From IMG/VR virus record IMGVR_UViG_3300021400_000138, positions 32,001 through 96,000 of that record: a stretch of 64,000 nt of DNA; one strand, 5' to 3'. The stretch comes from a virus (lineage: Duplodnaviria > Caudoviricetes). Positions 17,976-29,177 of the stretch are shown here, one piece after another (position 1 is the first letter of the stretch; each line of letters begins with the position of its first letter). The notes under the pieces are model-generated. The model saw only the letters and a list, made by a program, of their open reading frames with translations, had not been told where the DNA came from and ran no database searches. The position numbers and the translations under genes are program-made.

Positions 17976-18893
17976 ATGGCGACTGGATTCATTAAGGCTG
18001 TAAGAGAAGATGTGTGGTTGAAAATCCAGATGGGTGGAACATCTGGCGCTGGTAAAACAATGTCTGCTCTTAGAGTTGGAACAGGAATTGCAAGAAGATG
18101 TAATAGTGGAATTGCATTTATTTCTTCGGAGAAATCAAGAACATTATATTATGCGGATAAGTTTGATTATGACGTGCTTGAGTTAGATGATTATTCTCCG
18201 GAAGATTATATAAAAGCTATTGATATGGCGGTTGATGCGGGATACAAGGTAATCATTATTGATTCTACTAGCCATGAATGGCAATGGCTGAATGATGTTC
18301 ATGGAAAGATGCCAGGAAACAGCTTCCAGAACTGGGGAAAACTCAAACCGCGTCATGCAAAATTTCAGCAGAAGATACTTCAATGTCCAGCTCATGTTAT
18401 TACATGTGCAAGGGCAAAAACGGAATGGTCACTTGAAGATAAAGATGGTAAGAAGGTTCCGGTAAAACTTGGTCTTGGAAATGAAGGCGATAAACAAGCA
18501 GATTTTGATTATACTGTTTCATTTTCTATTGCACAAGGATCACATATTGCTTCTGTAGATGCTGGCGGCAAAGATAATACTGGATTATTTAATGAAAAAT
18601 ATGAGGTGTTGACAGAACGTCACGGGGAAATGCTTTATGAATGGGCAAATTCTGGCGAAAAACCCGCTTCGATTCCGAAAGAAATTCCTGAACCGGGAGA
18701 TGCAATCGTACAAGCTGCTGATGAACTTAAGGCGGTTAAAGCCCAGATTATCGAAGCCGCAAAAGCAGCTGGTGGTTCATCAAATGAAACCGTTATGACT
18801 ACTGTTAAACAATATGTAGCAAGTGGAAATCCAAATGCAATTCGAGATATTGATAAAGCGAAGGAACTTCTTGCGAAGCTTCAGTCTATGTAA
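17976..18893 (+). CDS. AAA_24-like ATPase (Sak4-like recombination protein)
   Basis: Walker A GTSGAGKT, Walker B IIIDS; directly upstream of ssb. Confidence 0.75.
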   Translation: MATGFIKAVREDVWLKIQMGGTSGAGKTMSALRVGTGIARRCNSGIAFISSEKSRTLYYADKFDYDVLELDDYSPEDYIKAIDMAVDAGYKVIIIDSTSHEWQWLNDVHGKMPGNSFQNWGKLKPRHAKFQQKILQCPAHVITCARAKTEWSLEDKDGKKVPVKLGLGNEGDKQADFDYTVSFSIAQGSHIASVDAGGKDNTGLFNEKYEVLTERHGEMLYEWANSGEKPASIPKEIPEPGDAIVQAADELKAVKAQIIEAAKAAGGSSNETVMTTVKQYVASGNPNAIRDIDKAKELLAKLQSM

Positions 18894-18917
18894 AATTAAT
18901 AAAAAGGAGAATAATAA

Positions 18918-19340
18918 ATGAATTTAGTAGTATTAGAAGGTAGAATGACTGCTGATCCTGAAATCAGATATTCAACTGGAGAAAACGCAACTGCAAACTT
19001 GAATTTTTCGGTTGCTGTTAATAGGGATTTTAAAAATGCCGAAGGTAATTATGATGCCGACTTCATTCGTTGTGTAGCATGGAGAAGTCAGGCAGAATTT
19101 ATTTCCAAGTATTTCCATAAAGGAGACCCTATTCTCATTACCGGGAATATCAGAACTGGCAGCTATACAAATAAGGATGGCGCAAAAGTTTATACAACGG
19201 ATGTTTATGTTGATAAGGTAAGCTTTGTGGTAGGCGGAAAGAGCGGAAATGGAACCGCTGGTCAGCCAACGCCTGGAAAAGTTGATACGAGTTTTATGAA
19301 CATTCCAGACGGAATTGAAAATGATGAAATGCCATTCTGA
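18918..19340 (+). CDS. ssb: Single-stranded DNA-binding protein
   Basis: NLVVLEGRMTADPE, ADFIRCVAW and acidic DEMPF tail. Confidence 0.95.
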   Translation: MNLVVLEGRMTADPEIRYSTGENATANLNFSVAVNRDFKNAEGNYDADFIRCVAWRSQAEFISKYFHKGDPILITGNIRTGSYTNKDGAKVYTTDVYVDKVSFVVGGKSGNGTAGQPTPGKVDTSFMNIPDGIENDEMPF

Positions 19341-19350
19341 GGAAAAATAA

Positions 19351-19881
19351 GTGGCTAATAAACAGAAAATAAAAACCGTACATTGCAGATATCCAAAATG
19401 TTCTCAGTTACATGAATCAACTGAGTTGCCAAAAGATGAGGCAGTTCAGGGTGGTAGCAAAAATTCCTACTATCATCCTGACTGTTATCACACACTTCAG
19501 ACGGTAAATAAAATCAGAGATTTATTCGTATTGAAGATCGACTCGACATTAACCGGAAAGCAAGTAGGGATGCTGGTTTCGACGATCAACAACATTATTT
19601 TTTCCAAAAAAGTTAATGTTGATTTTCTGGAATTCGCTCTAGAATATATGATCAAAAACAAACCTGGTGTATTAAAACATCCTGCGGGTCTTCATTACAT
19701 TATCCAAAATCAAGATATTATAAATGCATGGAATAAAGAAAAGGAATGGAAGATTAAAACGGAGATTAAAAATCATGAAACCATAATGGTTAATGATGAA
19801 TTTCTACTGGATGATTTGCCAGAACAAAAGTACACATATAAACCGCAAGGACCAAGGAGCTTTGCGGATATATTGAGATAG
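19351..19881 (+). CDS. Hypothetical replication-associated protein
   Basis: Between ssb and dnaB; CRYPKC...YHPDC. Confidence 0.6.
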   Translation: MANKQKIKTVHCRYPKCSQLHESTELPKDEAVQGGSKNSYYHPDCYHTLQTVNKIRDLFVLKIDSTLTGKQVGMLVSTINNIIFSKKVNVDFLEFALEYMIKNKPGVLKHPAGLHYIIQNQDIINAWNKEKEWKIKTEIKNHETIMVNDEFLLDDLPEQKYTYKPQGPRSFADILR

Positions 19882-19899
19882 ATAATGGAGGGATAATAC

Positions 19900-21246
19900 A
19901 TGGACATAAGTGCAATTACAGATACTCAGGCGGAAGCGGGGGTCATTGCCACTTTGGTGTATCATCCCGATTTTATTTTACATAGTGATTATTTAAAGCC
20001 TGGATATTTTTATAATATTGAAAATGGATGTCTATACTGGGCAATCTCAGAATTATATAAAGCAGGAATTGATGTAATAGATGCATTGAATATTTCTAAT
20101 ATGCTTAATAGCAATAAAGCTGTAAAGCGGAAAATGGAAGAATGTAATCTTGGAAACATCAATGAATTTATTACAATGGCACAATATGCCGCCAGACATA
20201 CATTAGAAGAATATAAATTACTAGTTAATAGTGTTGTTACATGCAGCTTCAAAAGAAATTTGGCAAAGATTGCATCAGAGATCCAGACTGATTGTTATAA
20301 TTCGGATATGGATCTTTCTAAAATGAATGAAGTTGTTAATTCAAAAATATCCAAGTTAGTTGAAAGCTATATTACGTCAAACGAGGTTGAATTATTTTCA
20401 GAGAAAACGAATAGATTGTGGGAGAAATTAAGATCTCAAGATGCTTCAGAGAGAATACCATCAAAATTCAAATTGTTTAATCCGTATTTTAAATATAAAC
20501 CGGGAGAATTAGTTCTACTAAAAGCAAGAATGAAACAGGGGAAGAGCGCATTCTTCTTAAATGAACTCGTGGATAAAATATCCAATGGAATTCCAACTTT
20601 ATATGTTGATACGGAGATGGACGATGATAATTTTTATGAAAGATTATTGGCGCATCTATCTGGCATACAATACGAATTAATTGATGAAAATCGGTTGACA
20701 GAAGACCAGGTTAATAGACTGGAAAAGTGTAATGAATGGATTAACAATCATCCATTTGTTCATATTTATATGCCTGATGTAAACTACGATGAGATATATT
20801 CTATCTGCAAAATTCTAAAATATAAAATCAATCTGAAGTTTTTTATATTCGATTATATAAAGAGTAATAAAGAAGGGGCTGCTGAAAACGCAAATCTTCT
20901 TGGTGCAAGAACAGATTTTTTAAAGAATAGAATCGCTGGCGAATTAGAATTAGCTGTGCTGTCTGGAGCACAACTCGGAAGAAGTGGAGACGTTGCGGAT
21001 TCAGATAAAATTCTCCGGTATGTATCAACAAGTATTTATTGGAGATTTAAAACCGTAGAGGAAATATCTACTGATGGATTAGAGTGCGGAAATATTTTGG
21101 CTTATGTTGATGTAAATAGAAATGGTCGCCAGATGATGGAAGACGAGGCAATTTCATTTTCTTTTGATGGAGATCGAATGAGAATTACGGAAGCCAAACA
21201 ACCAGATAGACCCAAAACACCATTTGATGATAATAAGAAATCATGA
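19900..21246 (+). CDS. dnaB: DnaB-like replicative helicase
   Basis: ARMKQGKS Walker A, DTEM, FDYIK and AQLGR. Confidence 0.85.
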   Translation: MDISAITDTQAEAGVIATLVYHPDFILHSDYLKPGYFYNIENGCLYWAISELYKAGIDVIDALNISNMLNSNKAVKRKMEECNLGNINEFITMAQYAARHTLEEYKLLVNSVVTCSFKRNLAKIASEIQTDCYNSDMDLSKMNEVVNSKISKLVESYITSNEVELFSEKTNRLWEKLRSQDASERIPSKFKLFNPYFKYKPGELVLLKARMKQGKSAFFLNELVDKISNGIPTLYVDTEMDDDNFYERLLAHLSGIQYELIDENRLTEDQVNRLEKCNEWINNHPFVHIYMPDVNYDEIYSICKILKYKINLKFFIFDYIKSNKEGAAENANLLGARTDFLKNRIAGELELAVLSGAQLGRSGDVADSDKILRYVSTSIYWRFKTVEEISTDGLECGNILAYVDVNRNGRQMMEDEAISFSFDGDRMRITEAKQPDRPKTPFDDNKKS

Positions 21247-21263
21247 GTGATATTAATTAGGAT

Positions 21264-22271
21264 GTGAAAATGATATATTCCCAGGAAGCACTCGAAGAAA
21301 TGGCTGATCAGGTTGATCTTCTGGATTATGCAAGTCAAACAGTTGATTTTGTAAAACATTCTGGGAATACACATTTTGCCGTTTGTCCCTTTCATTCGGA
21401 AAAAACTGCAAGCCTTGCGGTTAATGAAGACGAAAACTTCTTTCATTGCTTCGGTTGCGGACGTTCCGGAAATATATATAAATGGATCCAGTGGACAGAA
21501 GGTCTAACATTTGATCAATCAGTAAAAAAAGTTGCTGATATTACAAATTCAGATATTAGTAAATATGTTGAGTCTGAAACAATGAGTTTCTTTAAAATGT
21601 TAAAAAAATTAAAGGAACCACATAGAAAAGAAAATTTAAAAAGATCATATTTAGATATAGATCTTGACTATAAACAAAAGTATTTAGATGAAATCCCAGA
21701 AGAATGGATAAAAGAAGGAATCTCATCTGAAGAAATAAAAAAATATGAAATACTCATTGATCCATCGTCTAACCGAATTGTTTATCCAGTAAGAGATGCA
21801 AATTATCAAATGATTGGAGTAAAGGGAAGAACAAGATTTCAAAATTATAAAGACCTTGGAATCATGAAGTATATGAATTATAACCGTATAGGCATACTTG
21901 ATTACTTTACTGGCATGATGCAAGCAGCGGATTATATAAAAGAAAGCAGCGAGATTATAATTGTTGAAGGCATAAAGTCGGTAATGAAATTAGATCATTG
22001 GGGATTTCACAACGTTGTTTCGGCAGAAACCAGTACACTTAATGAGTATCAGGTTGAACTTCTTGTTAGAATGCAAGTGAAGAGAGTGGTAATTGCATTT
22101 GATAAAGACGTACGTCTTAAAAAAATCAAAGAGTGTACCGGATTATTAAAACGATTTACCAATGTTTATGCTGTTATTGATAGATGGAATTTATTAAAGA
22201 ACAAAGAATCACCTTGCGATGATGGGGAAGATGTATTCCGTTCTTTATATGAGAGGAAAGTAAAACTTTGA
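21264..22271 (+). CDS. dnaG: DNA primase (CHC2 Zn finger plus Toprim)
   Basis: CPFHSEKTAS...HCFGCG, VEG and AFDKD. Confidence 0.9.
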   Translation: MKMIYSQEALEEMADQVDLLDYASQTVDFVKHSGNTHFAVCPFHSEKTASLAVNEDENFFHCFGCGRSGNIYKWIQWTEGLTFDQSVKKVADITNSDISKYVESETMSFFKMLKKLKEPHRKENLKRSYLDIDLDYKQKYLDEIPEEWIKEGISSEEIKKYEILIDPSSNRIVYPVRDANYQMIGVKGRTRFQNYKDLGIMKYMNYNRIGILDYFTGMMQAADYIKESSEIIIVEGIKSVMKLDHWGFHNVVSAETSTLNEYQVELLVRMQVKRVVIAFDKDVRLKKIKECTGLLKRFTNVYAVIDRWNLLKNKESPCDDGEDVFRSLYERKVKL

Positions 22272-23068
22272 ATGAATGTAATGCAGAAGATTTTATAATT
22301 TCGACTATGAAATGGTCGTTCTCCAGATTAAATAGTTTTGATACGGGATGTCCATATGAATGGTATCAACATTATATAGAATGCGAACCATCAAAACAGG
22401 GATTCTTTGGATCATTCGGTGGGTTTTGTCATAGCTGCCTGGAAAAATATTCCAAGGGTGAACTTGACCTATTTGATTTGTCTTCGTATTACGAGGACAA
22501 TTTTGCAACAGAGGTTCCTTATGATGCACCACCAAACAAATATACAGATATTAAAAGTGATTATTATCAAAAAGGATTAGATTACTTTGATAACATAGAT
22601 TTACCGCTCGATGAATATAAAATCATTGGCGTGGAAAAACGTGTGGATTTTATGATAGATAAATATCCATTCATAGGTTTTATAGATTTGTTATTACAGG
22701 ATCCGGAAGATGGTAAGTTAATTCTATGCGACCATAAATCTGCATCCATTAAAATTTTAAAATCAGGTGCCATTAGTAAATCTGACCAACATCATTTTCT
22801 TGAATTCAAAAGACAGCAGTATTTATATGCAAAGGCTATTATCGAAGAATTTGGCAAGGGTTGTGTAAAAGAACTCTGGTGGAATATGTTCAAGGATCAG
22901 AAGTGGATAAAAATTCCTTTTAATATAGACGAGTATCAGGAAGCGCAACAGTGGGCATTAGATACTATTCATAGAATAGAAAAAGAAACTGAGTGGCTAC
23001 CTAATCCTGAAATGTGGTATTGCAATTATTTGTGTGGACAATCTGGCGGATGTCCATATAAGGTGTAA
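22268..23068 (+). CDS. PD-(D/E)xK nuclease (Cas4/AddB-like)
   Basis: WSFSRL...CP, GFIDL, CDHKS, QQYLY and C-terminal Cys cluster. Confidence 0.85.
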   Translation: MNECNAEDFIISTMKWSFSRLNSFDTGCPYEWYQHYIECEPSKQGFFGSFGGFCHSCLEKYSKGELDLFDLSSYYEDNFATEVPYDAPPNKYTDIKSDYYQKGLDYFDNIDLPLDEYKIIGVEKRVDFMIDKYPFIGFIDLLLQDPEDGKLILCDHKSASIKILKSGAISKSDQHHFLEFKRQQYLYAKAIIEEFGKGCVKELWWNMFKDQKWIKIPFNIDEYQEAQQWALDTIHRIEKETEWLPNPEMWYCNYLCGQSGGCPYKV

Positions 23069-23092
23069 ATAAATGAATTGGAGTTGTAAAGA

Positions 23093-24316
23093 TTGGCGAC
23101 AGCAGCACGATATAAATATAATGATGATGAAATAATTAAAATATATAATGATGAATATATTAAAGAACATATAGGCGGAACTACATTAACACGTAAATAC
23201 GGAGTTGATTTTTATAATGATTTCAAACGGCTTGGTTTAACTATGAGAAATAATCAAGAAAAAAGTAGAAAATATACTTGTAATTCTGATTATTTTAAAG
23301 ATATTAATACGGAAGAAAAAGCCTACTGGTTTGGATTTATCTATGCTGATGGATATATTACACATCCAACCGATGACAGCAATGGTATTCTAAGATTTGG
23401 ATTGAGTATTATGGAAGGCGATTTTAGTCATTTGGAAAAATTTAAATCTGCAATTTCTTCAGATGCGGCAATAAATCATTATACAGTGGAACGTGGATAT
23501 AAGATTGGAGCAAAATATTGTAGGATTATAATTTCAGATAATCGCTTTGCTCATAATTTATTAAATCATGGTCTTGTAGAAAGAAAGTCGAATATAGTTG
23601 AACCACCAATTGGTGTTCCTAAAGAACTTGAAAAGCATTTTATTAGAGGATTCATGGATGCAAACGGATCGATAGTTCAAAATAAACCATCAAATGGTTC
23701 GACTTGCGATTCATATACGATAAAATGGAGTTCAACAGAGAGTGTTCTGAAATGGATAATGAGACATTTGATAGATAATAATATTTTGAGTCATGAATAT
23801 CCATTGGTTAAACGAAAAGAAGAACATATTGTTACCGCCTTTGAATTTGGTGGAAATTATCAAGTGAAAAAATATCTTGATTATGTATATGACGGAGCAA
23901 CGGTATGGTTGGATAGAAAACATGACCGTTATTTGCGATTGTGTAAGATATTAGAAGAAAGAGAGAAAAATAAAAGAATAAATAAATGTGCCTATTGTGG
24001 AACAGAAGATAGTTCTCAATTTATCATATGGACACATGGTGGAGAGTACGACGGGAAAATAGTTTGTGGAAAGCACTATCAACAGCTTAATAAATATGGA
24101 AAAATAATACCAGATAAGAAGGATAGTTGTGATATATGTGGTAATTCGACTGGAAAATTATTGCATGTAGGATCTAAATATCCAGAATATCACGGAATGA
24201 CACTTTGCAAAAAACATTATGATCAGTTAATAAGCGGAAGATTAATTGATAATAAGGATCATGAAAATGAAAAATTATGTGACATATCATCTACATACGA
24301 TGTTAAGTCTGCTTGA
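23093..24316 (+). CDS. Free-standing LAGLIDADG homing endonuclease with C-terminal Zn-binding repeats
   Basis: YWFGFIYADG and FIRGFMDANG; two CxxC...CxKHY repeats. Confidence 0.85.
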   Translation: MATAARYKYNDDEIIKIYNDEYIKEHIGGTTLTRKYGVDFYNDFKRLGLTMRNNQEKSRKYTCNSDYFKDINTEEKAYWFGFIYADGYITHPTDDSNGILRFGLSIMEGDFSHLEKFKSAISSDAAINHYTVERGYKIGAKYCRIIISDNRFAHNLLNHGLVERKSNIVEPPIGVPKELEKHFIRGFMDANGSIVQNKPSNGSTCDSYTIKWSSTESVLKWIMRHLIDNNILSHEYPLVKRKEEHIVTAFEFGGNYQVKKYLDYVYDGATVWLDRKHDRYLRLCKILEEREKNKRINKCAYCGTEDSSQFIIWTHGGEYDGKIVCGKHYQQLNKYGKIIPDKKDSCDICGNSTGKLLHVGSKYPEYHGMTLCKKHYDQLISGRLIDNKDHENEKLCDISSTYDVKSA

Positions 24317-27300
24317 TAGCTGTACAAGTTATAAAGACTATATAAGGTATGCAAAAGAAATTGGACAAAAGGCTATATGTATAACGGAGCATGGTAATTG
24401 CTTTAACTGGATAGAGAAAAAATTATATTGTGAATCAACACAATATAAAATTATTTATAACGGTGAGACACGGTATATTGATGACAAAAAGAAACTTGAT
24501 AACTTAATTAATTCGTTGGAATGCGAATACGAGTTAATTGAATTAAAACCTATAAAATTTTTGTTTGGAATCGAAGTATATATGACTGCCAACAAATTAG
24601 ACGTGGAACAAAAGACGAGAGATAATTATCATACAATTTTAATAGCTAAAAATCATGATGGATTAAAAGAGATCAATACATTAGCTATGGAGAATGGTAG
24701 TAAATCGGATCACTTTTATTTCACAAGAAGAATAACATTCGATGAATTTTTAAACTTGTCAGATAATGTAATAAAGATATCTGCCTGTCTTGCATCACCG
24801 TTGAATAAGTTTGTTCCTCAAAATGTCGAAGAAGAGCAGATGCTTATCAAACTTCTGAATAAATATGATTACTATGAGGTACAACCACATGTAAATTCAG
24901 ACGATCAAAATACATACAATAAAAAGCTTGCCGTATTATCAAAACAATTTAATAAGCCTTTAATCGCTGGTACAGATACTCATAGTCTAAATCAATATAA
25001 GGCTGAATGCAGAAAAGTTCTCATGAAGGGTAAAAAGAATAAGTATTCATACGAGGAGAACTTAGATCTTACATATAAAACATACAATGAACTCGTTGAT
25101 ATGTTTAAACGCCAGAAAGCTTTGACAGAAGATGAGTATCTTGCAGCGATTGATAATACAAATTTAATGGCAGATTCTGTTGAAGATTTTGTGTTAGATA
25201 CCTCGTTTAAATATCCTAAGTTATATGAAAATGAGGATGATGTTTTTGTAAAACGTATCTGGACAATGTACGATGACAAGGTGAAACGAGGTGTTATTAA
25301 AGACGAACAAATATATAAAGACAACATAGAAGAGGAACTCCGTGTTTTTAGAAAAATCGGTATGATCGGTTTTATGTTGTTTATGTCAGAACTTGTAAGT
25401 TGGTGTTGGGAACACAATATTCCTGTTGGATTTTGTAGAGGTTCTGTTGGTGGTTCAACAATTGCATATATAACAGATATAATCGATGTTAATCCAGTAA
25501 AATGGGGATGCGTCTTTTCACGTTTTGCAAATGAAACTCGTATGGAGATCGGTGATATTGATGTAGATATTAGTCCAGATCAACGTGAATTGGTATTTAA
25601 ATATATTACAGATAGATTTGGTAATGATTATACTGCATACGTTTTGGCGATTACTACAATTGCGGAAAAGGGTTGTATAGATGATATTGGAAGGGCTTTA
25701 TATTACACCTGGATTGAAGAACATTTTTCTCAAGAATTAAATGAAATATCTAACAGACTCCGAGATAAAAAGAACGATCGGGACTTTGTATTTGGTGTAT
25801 GGGAGATTGAAAAATATTTAAGTGAAACCTCACAAAAAATAAATGAAGATAAAAATCCATATACGCTAAATAGAATTGCCAATATAAAGAAAGAATACGA
25901 TGAGAATCCAGAAGAAACTAAATCAAAATACAAAGATTTATTCTATTATTTTGATGGTCTTGTTGGAACAACCGTTTCACAGTCAATGCATCCCGCTGGA
26001 ATTATTGTAAGTCCAATTTCACTATATGATAATTATGGAACATTTTGGAGTGACGGTAATCATATTTTAGCTATTAATATGGAAGAGTGTCATGAAATTT
26101 CGCTAGTAAAATATGATATTCTTGGACTAAAAAATATCCAAATTATCCGTGAAACATGCGAACTAGCTGGTATTAAATATCCAAAGTCTCATGAATTAAA
26201 CTGGAATGATAAAGAAGTATGGAAACATATAACCGATAGTCCAGTTGGTATATTTCAATTTGAAGGTTCATATGCATTTGATTTGCTAAAAAAGTATGGT
26301 CCAGAAGAAATAAACTCTCTTTCACTGGTAAATGCCAGCCTTCGCCCATCGGGAGAAAGCTATAGAGATAGATTAATATCTGGTGAAATAAACCAAAATC
26401 CTTCTGAAATTATTAATAAAATGCTAGAGAAAAATCATGGATTTTTGGTTTTTCAGGAGGACACGATTCGATTTTTAACAGATATATGTGGTCTATCAGG
26501 ATCTGACGCAGATAATATTCGCCGAGCAATTGGTAGAAAACAGGTTGATAGACTTGAAGCTGCTATGCCTGACATTCTTGAAGGTTATTGTAGTAAATCG
26601 GATAAACCGAGAGATATAGCTGAACAAGAAGCAAAACAATTTTTGCAGATCATAAGTGACAGCTCTAATTATCAATTTGGGTTCAACCATTCTACTGGAT
26701 ATTCAATGATAGGCTATACATGTGGATATCTCAGACATTATTATCCAGTTGAATTTATAACTGCATATTTAAATTCTGCGGCTAACGATGACGATTTAAA
26801 GATGGGAACCGATTTAGCAAGACAACTCGGCATAACAATGCTGAAACCAACATATGGGTATTCTAGATCAAAGTTCTATTGTGATGCAAATAACAACAAT
26901 ATTTATAAAGGAATTGGTTCATTAAAAAATATGTCTGAAAAATCAGCAGCAGAAATTGTGCCGCTTTATAATAATCATTACGATGATTATATTGATTTAC
27001 TGTTTGATCTAAAAGAGAAGACAACTATTAATTCAAGAATGTTAGATATCCTCATCAAAATTGATTTTTTCCAGGAATTCGGAGATATCAATACCTTGCT
27101 TTGGATAGCCAGTGAATTTGATTCATTGTATGGCAAAAAATCAATCAAAAAAGATTCCATCATTGTCCAATCATTTGGCGAAAATATGATGCGAAAGTTT
27201 TCCGATTCAGAAACTCCGACTCATATTGACGAAATTAATCCAATAGATTTTTTCCGGAGCAGAGGAATAGAAGACATTAAACAAATTGAATCTCTTATGG

Positions 27301-27881
27301 ATGATTGCCAGAAATTTAAATATATAAAGCATGATGATGGCACCAAAGAAAAAACTCCAAATGGCATAAGTTTCATGAAGATGTATAAAAAATTTAATGT
27401 TACTGAAGAGGAGAAAAAACAATTTGCCATCAAAACTGTTTATGGAAAATTCGACGGCATTTATACAAGAAAACTTTTAAAATATTTATTAAATAATAGC
27501 AAATACCCGCCGTGTACTCTGAAGCAAAAGATTAAATACCAGGCAGAACATCTTGGATATATAGATTACAAAGATTCAAAATTAGATAAAAGATATTTCG
27601 TTGTTGAAAATCTTGATACAAAGTATTCTCCAAAATTTACGGCTTATTGTCTTAACAATGGTAACTCTAGTGAACTTCGAGTTAAGAAAAAACGTAATCC
27701 AAAGAACAAGATGGATAAATGCAAAGTATCATTTGGTGAAAAGCCTTTTGAAAACGGTGACATTATTTATCTTAAAGCTTGGGGTAAAGAACCAAAGATG
27801 AAGAAGACGGAAGATGGATGGGAGAAAGATCCATCGGTAATGTATAACTGGATGTACGATTACGAAATTGCAAATTTATAA
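24261..27881 (+). CDS. dnaE: DNA polymerase III alpha subunit
   Basis: PHP HLHT...TEHG, RGSVGGS, GDIDVD, KYDILGL and YQFGFNHS. Confidence 0.95.
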   Translation: MKMKNYVTYHLHTMLSLLDSCTSYKDYIRYAKEIGQKAICITEHGNCFNWIEKKLYCESTQYKIIYNGETRYIDDKKKLDNLINSLECEYELIELKPIKFLFGIEVYMTANKLDVEQKTRDNYHTILIAKNHDGLKEINTLAMENGSKSDHFYFTRRITFDEFLNLSDNVIKISACLASPLNKFVPQNVEEEQMLIKLLNKYDYYEVQPHVNSDDQNTYNKKLAVLSKQFNKPLIAGTDTHSLNQYKAECRKVLMKGKKNKYSYEENLDLTYKTYNELVDMFKRQKALTEDEYLAAIDNTNLMADSVEDFVLDTSFKYPKLYENEDDVFVKRIWTMYDDKVKRGVIKDEQIYKDNIEEELRVFRKIGMIGFMLFMSELVSWCWEHNIPVGFCRGSVGGSTIAYITDIIDVNPVKWGCVFSRFANETRMEIGDIDVDISPDQRELVFKYITDRFGNDYTAYVLAITTIAEKGCIDDIGRALYYTWIEEHFSQELNEISNRLRDKKNDRDFVFGVWEIEKYLSETSQKINEDKNPYTLNRIANIKKEYDENPEETKSKYKDLFYYFDGLVGTTVSQSMHPAGIIVSPISLYDNYGTFWSDGNHILAINMEECHEISLVKYDILGLKNIQIIRETCELAGIKYPKSHELNWNDKEVWKHITDSPVGIFQFEGSYAFDLLKKYGPEEINSLSLVNASLRPSGESYRDRLISGEINQNPSEIINKMLEKNHGFLVFQEDTIRFLTDICGLSGSDADNIRRAIGRKQVDRLEAAMPDILEGYCSKSDKPRDIAEQEAKQFLQIISDSSNYQFGFNHSTGYSMIGYTCGYLRHYYPVEFITAYLNSAANDDDLKMGTDLARQLGITMLKPTYGYSRSKFYCDANNNNIYKGIGSLKNMSEKSAAEIVPLYNNHYDDYIDLLFDLKEKTTINSRMLDILIKIDFFQEFGDINTLLWIASEFDSLYGKKSIKKDSIIVQSFGENMMRKFSDSETPTHIDEINPIDFFRSRGIEDIKQIESLMDDCQKFKYIKHDDGTKEKTPNGISFMKMYKKFNVTEEEKKQFAIKTVYGKFDGIYTRKLLKYLLNNSKYPPCTLKQKIKYQAEHLGYIDYKDSKLDKRYFVVENLDTKYSPKFTAYCLNNGNSSELRVKKKRNPKNKMDKCKVSFGEKPFENGDIIYLKAWGKEPKMKKTEDGWEKDPSVMYNWMYDYEIANL

Positions 27882-27891
27882 GAGGAACAAG

Positions 27892-28428
27892 ATGTTAGAT
27901 TTATTTCATTATACAAAGACCGAACAGGATAAGCTTCTTAAATCAATGACGATCCTTTGTGATACTAGGGAACATGATGGTAAAAACGATCACATACTTT
28001 CTTATTTTGACTCAAAGAATATCCCATGGATGAAATATAAGCTTATGCACGGTGATTATTCTTGCATGCTTCCAGCCAATGAAGAACTAAAAATACCAAA
28101 AGATTTATACTTTACAGATAAGATTTGCGTAGAAAGAAAAGCCTCGCTTGACGAATGGGCCGGGAACATTGTCGATGATAGACAAGGAATAAAAAAGAAA
28201 TTCTCTCTCATGCCAGATAAAAAAGTATTTATTATTGAAAATGGAAGCTATGCCGATTTGGTAAATCATAATTATAGATCTCATTATGATCCAAAGAGTT
28301 ATTGGGCAACGTTGCATTCAATGTGGAATGAGTTTGATATTCCAATTATTTTTATGCCAGATCCAAAATATACGGGCATGTTTATCAGAGGATTTTTTTA
28401 TTACTATTTAAGAGGAATTATTAAATGA
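27892..28428 (+). CDS. ERCC4-domain nuclease
   Basis: DTRE, GDYS and VERKAS. Confidence 0.85.
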   Translation: MLDLFHYTKTEQDKLLKSMTILCDTREHDGKNDHILSYFDSKNIPWMKYKLMHGDYSCMLPANEELKIPKDLYFTDKICVERKASLDEWAGNIVDDRQGIKKKFSLMPDKKVFIIENGSYADLVNHNYRSHYDPKSYWATLHSMWNEFDIPIIFMPDPKYTGMFIRGFFYYYLRGIIK

Positions 28429-29165
28429 TATTTGATGAAATTTTAACTACTATAGAAAATGAAGATATTAAACAATTCGCTGAAAAATGTGTAAATGAAC
28501 TTGTCCCATATTTCTATGTTGTTCCTGCATCAAGTACGGGGAAATATCATCCATCATATTCGTTAGGCGAAGGTGGTCTTCTTCGCCATAGTATTGCCGT
28601 TGTTAGATTTCTTAATCATATGTTTAATGTAGAATCAATTGCAAATCAGTTTACATCTAGAGAAAGAGATCTGCTTCGTGTAGCTGCGATAATGCACGAC
28701 TCGCGGAAAAGTGGAAGCCAGGAAGAATACGAAAGGTCAAAATGGACAAAATTTAATCATCCCCTTCTTGCGGCTGAATTGATCAGAAGTCTTGATGGTT
28801 TGCCGAGGGAAGAAATCGAATTAATTGCTCATGCTATTGAATCACATATGGGAATATGGAACACAGATAAAAGATATCCGGATTTAGTTCTTCCAAAGCC
28901 ACAAGACAAGTATCAAATCATTCTTCATCTTGCGGATTATTTAGCTTCTCGAAAAGACATTGAAATGAAATTTGATGGATTCGATTTACCTGAAAATAAA
29001 CCAGAACCATTACCTGATATTAATGATTGGAGATTTACATTTGGTAAATACTCCGGAAAAACAATTCCGGAAATCGCCGCTATTGACCAGGGATATATCA
29101 GATGGGCAAAAGAGAATATGGAAAAAGAACCCGCAAGAACTTTGCTTAAAGATTTTGTTATATGA
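28425..29165 (+). CDS. HD-domain hydrolase with C-terminal FGKYSGKT module
   Basis: PASSTGKYHP, MHD and LADY. Confidence 0.8.
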   Translation: MIFDEILTTIENEDIKQFAEKCVNELVPYFYVVPASSTGKYHPSYSLGEGGLLRHSIAVVRFLNHMFNVESIANQFTSRERDLLRVAAIMHDSRKSGSQEEYERSKWTKFNHPLLAAELIRSLDGLPREEIELIAHAIESHMGIWNTDKRYPDLVLPKPQDKYQIILHLADYLASRKDIEMKFDGFDLPENKPEPLPDINDWRFTFGKYSGKTIPEIAAIDQGYIRWAKENMEKEPARTLLKDFVI

Positions 29166-29177
29166 GGTTATACCGTC

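Noticed and set aside
22268-23068. CRISPR-Cas locus suggested by the Cas4-like nuclease
   Set aside because: No repeat-spacer array or other cas genes; typical phage replication-module nuclease
24261-27881. Inteins or introns in dnaE (also checked nrdD and dnaB)
   Set aside because: Insertions are short and lack intein terminal motifs; reading frames are continuous
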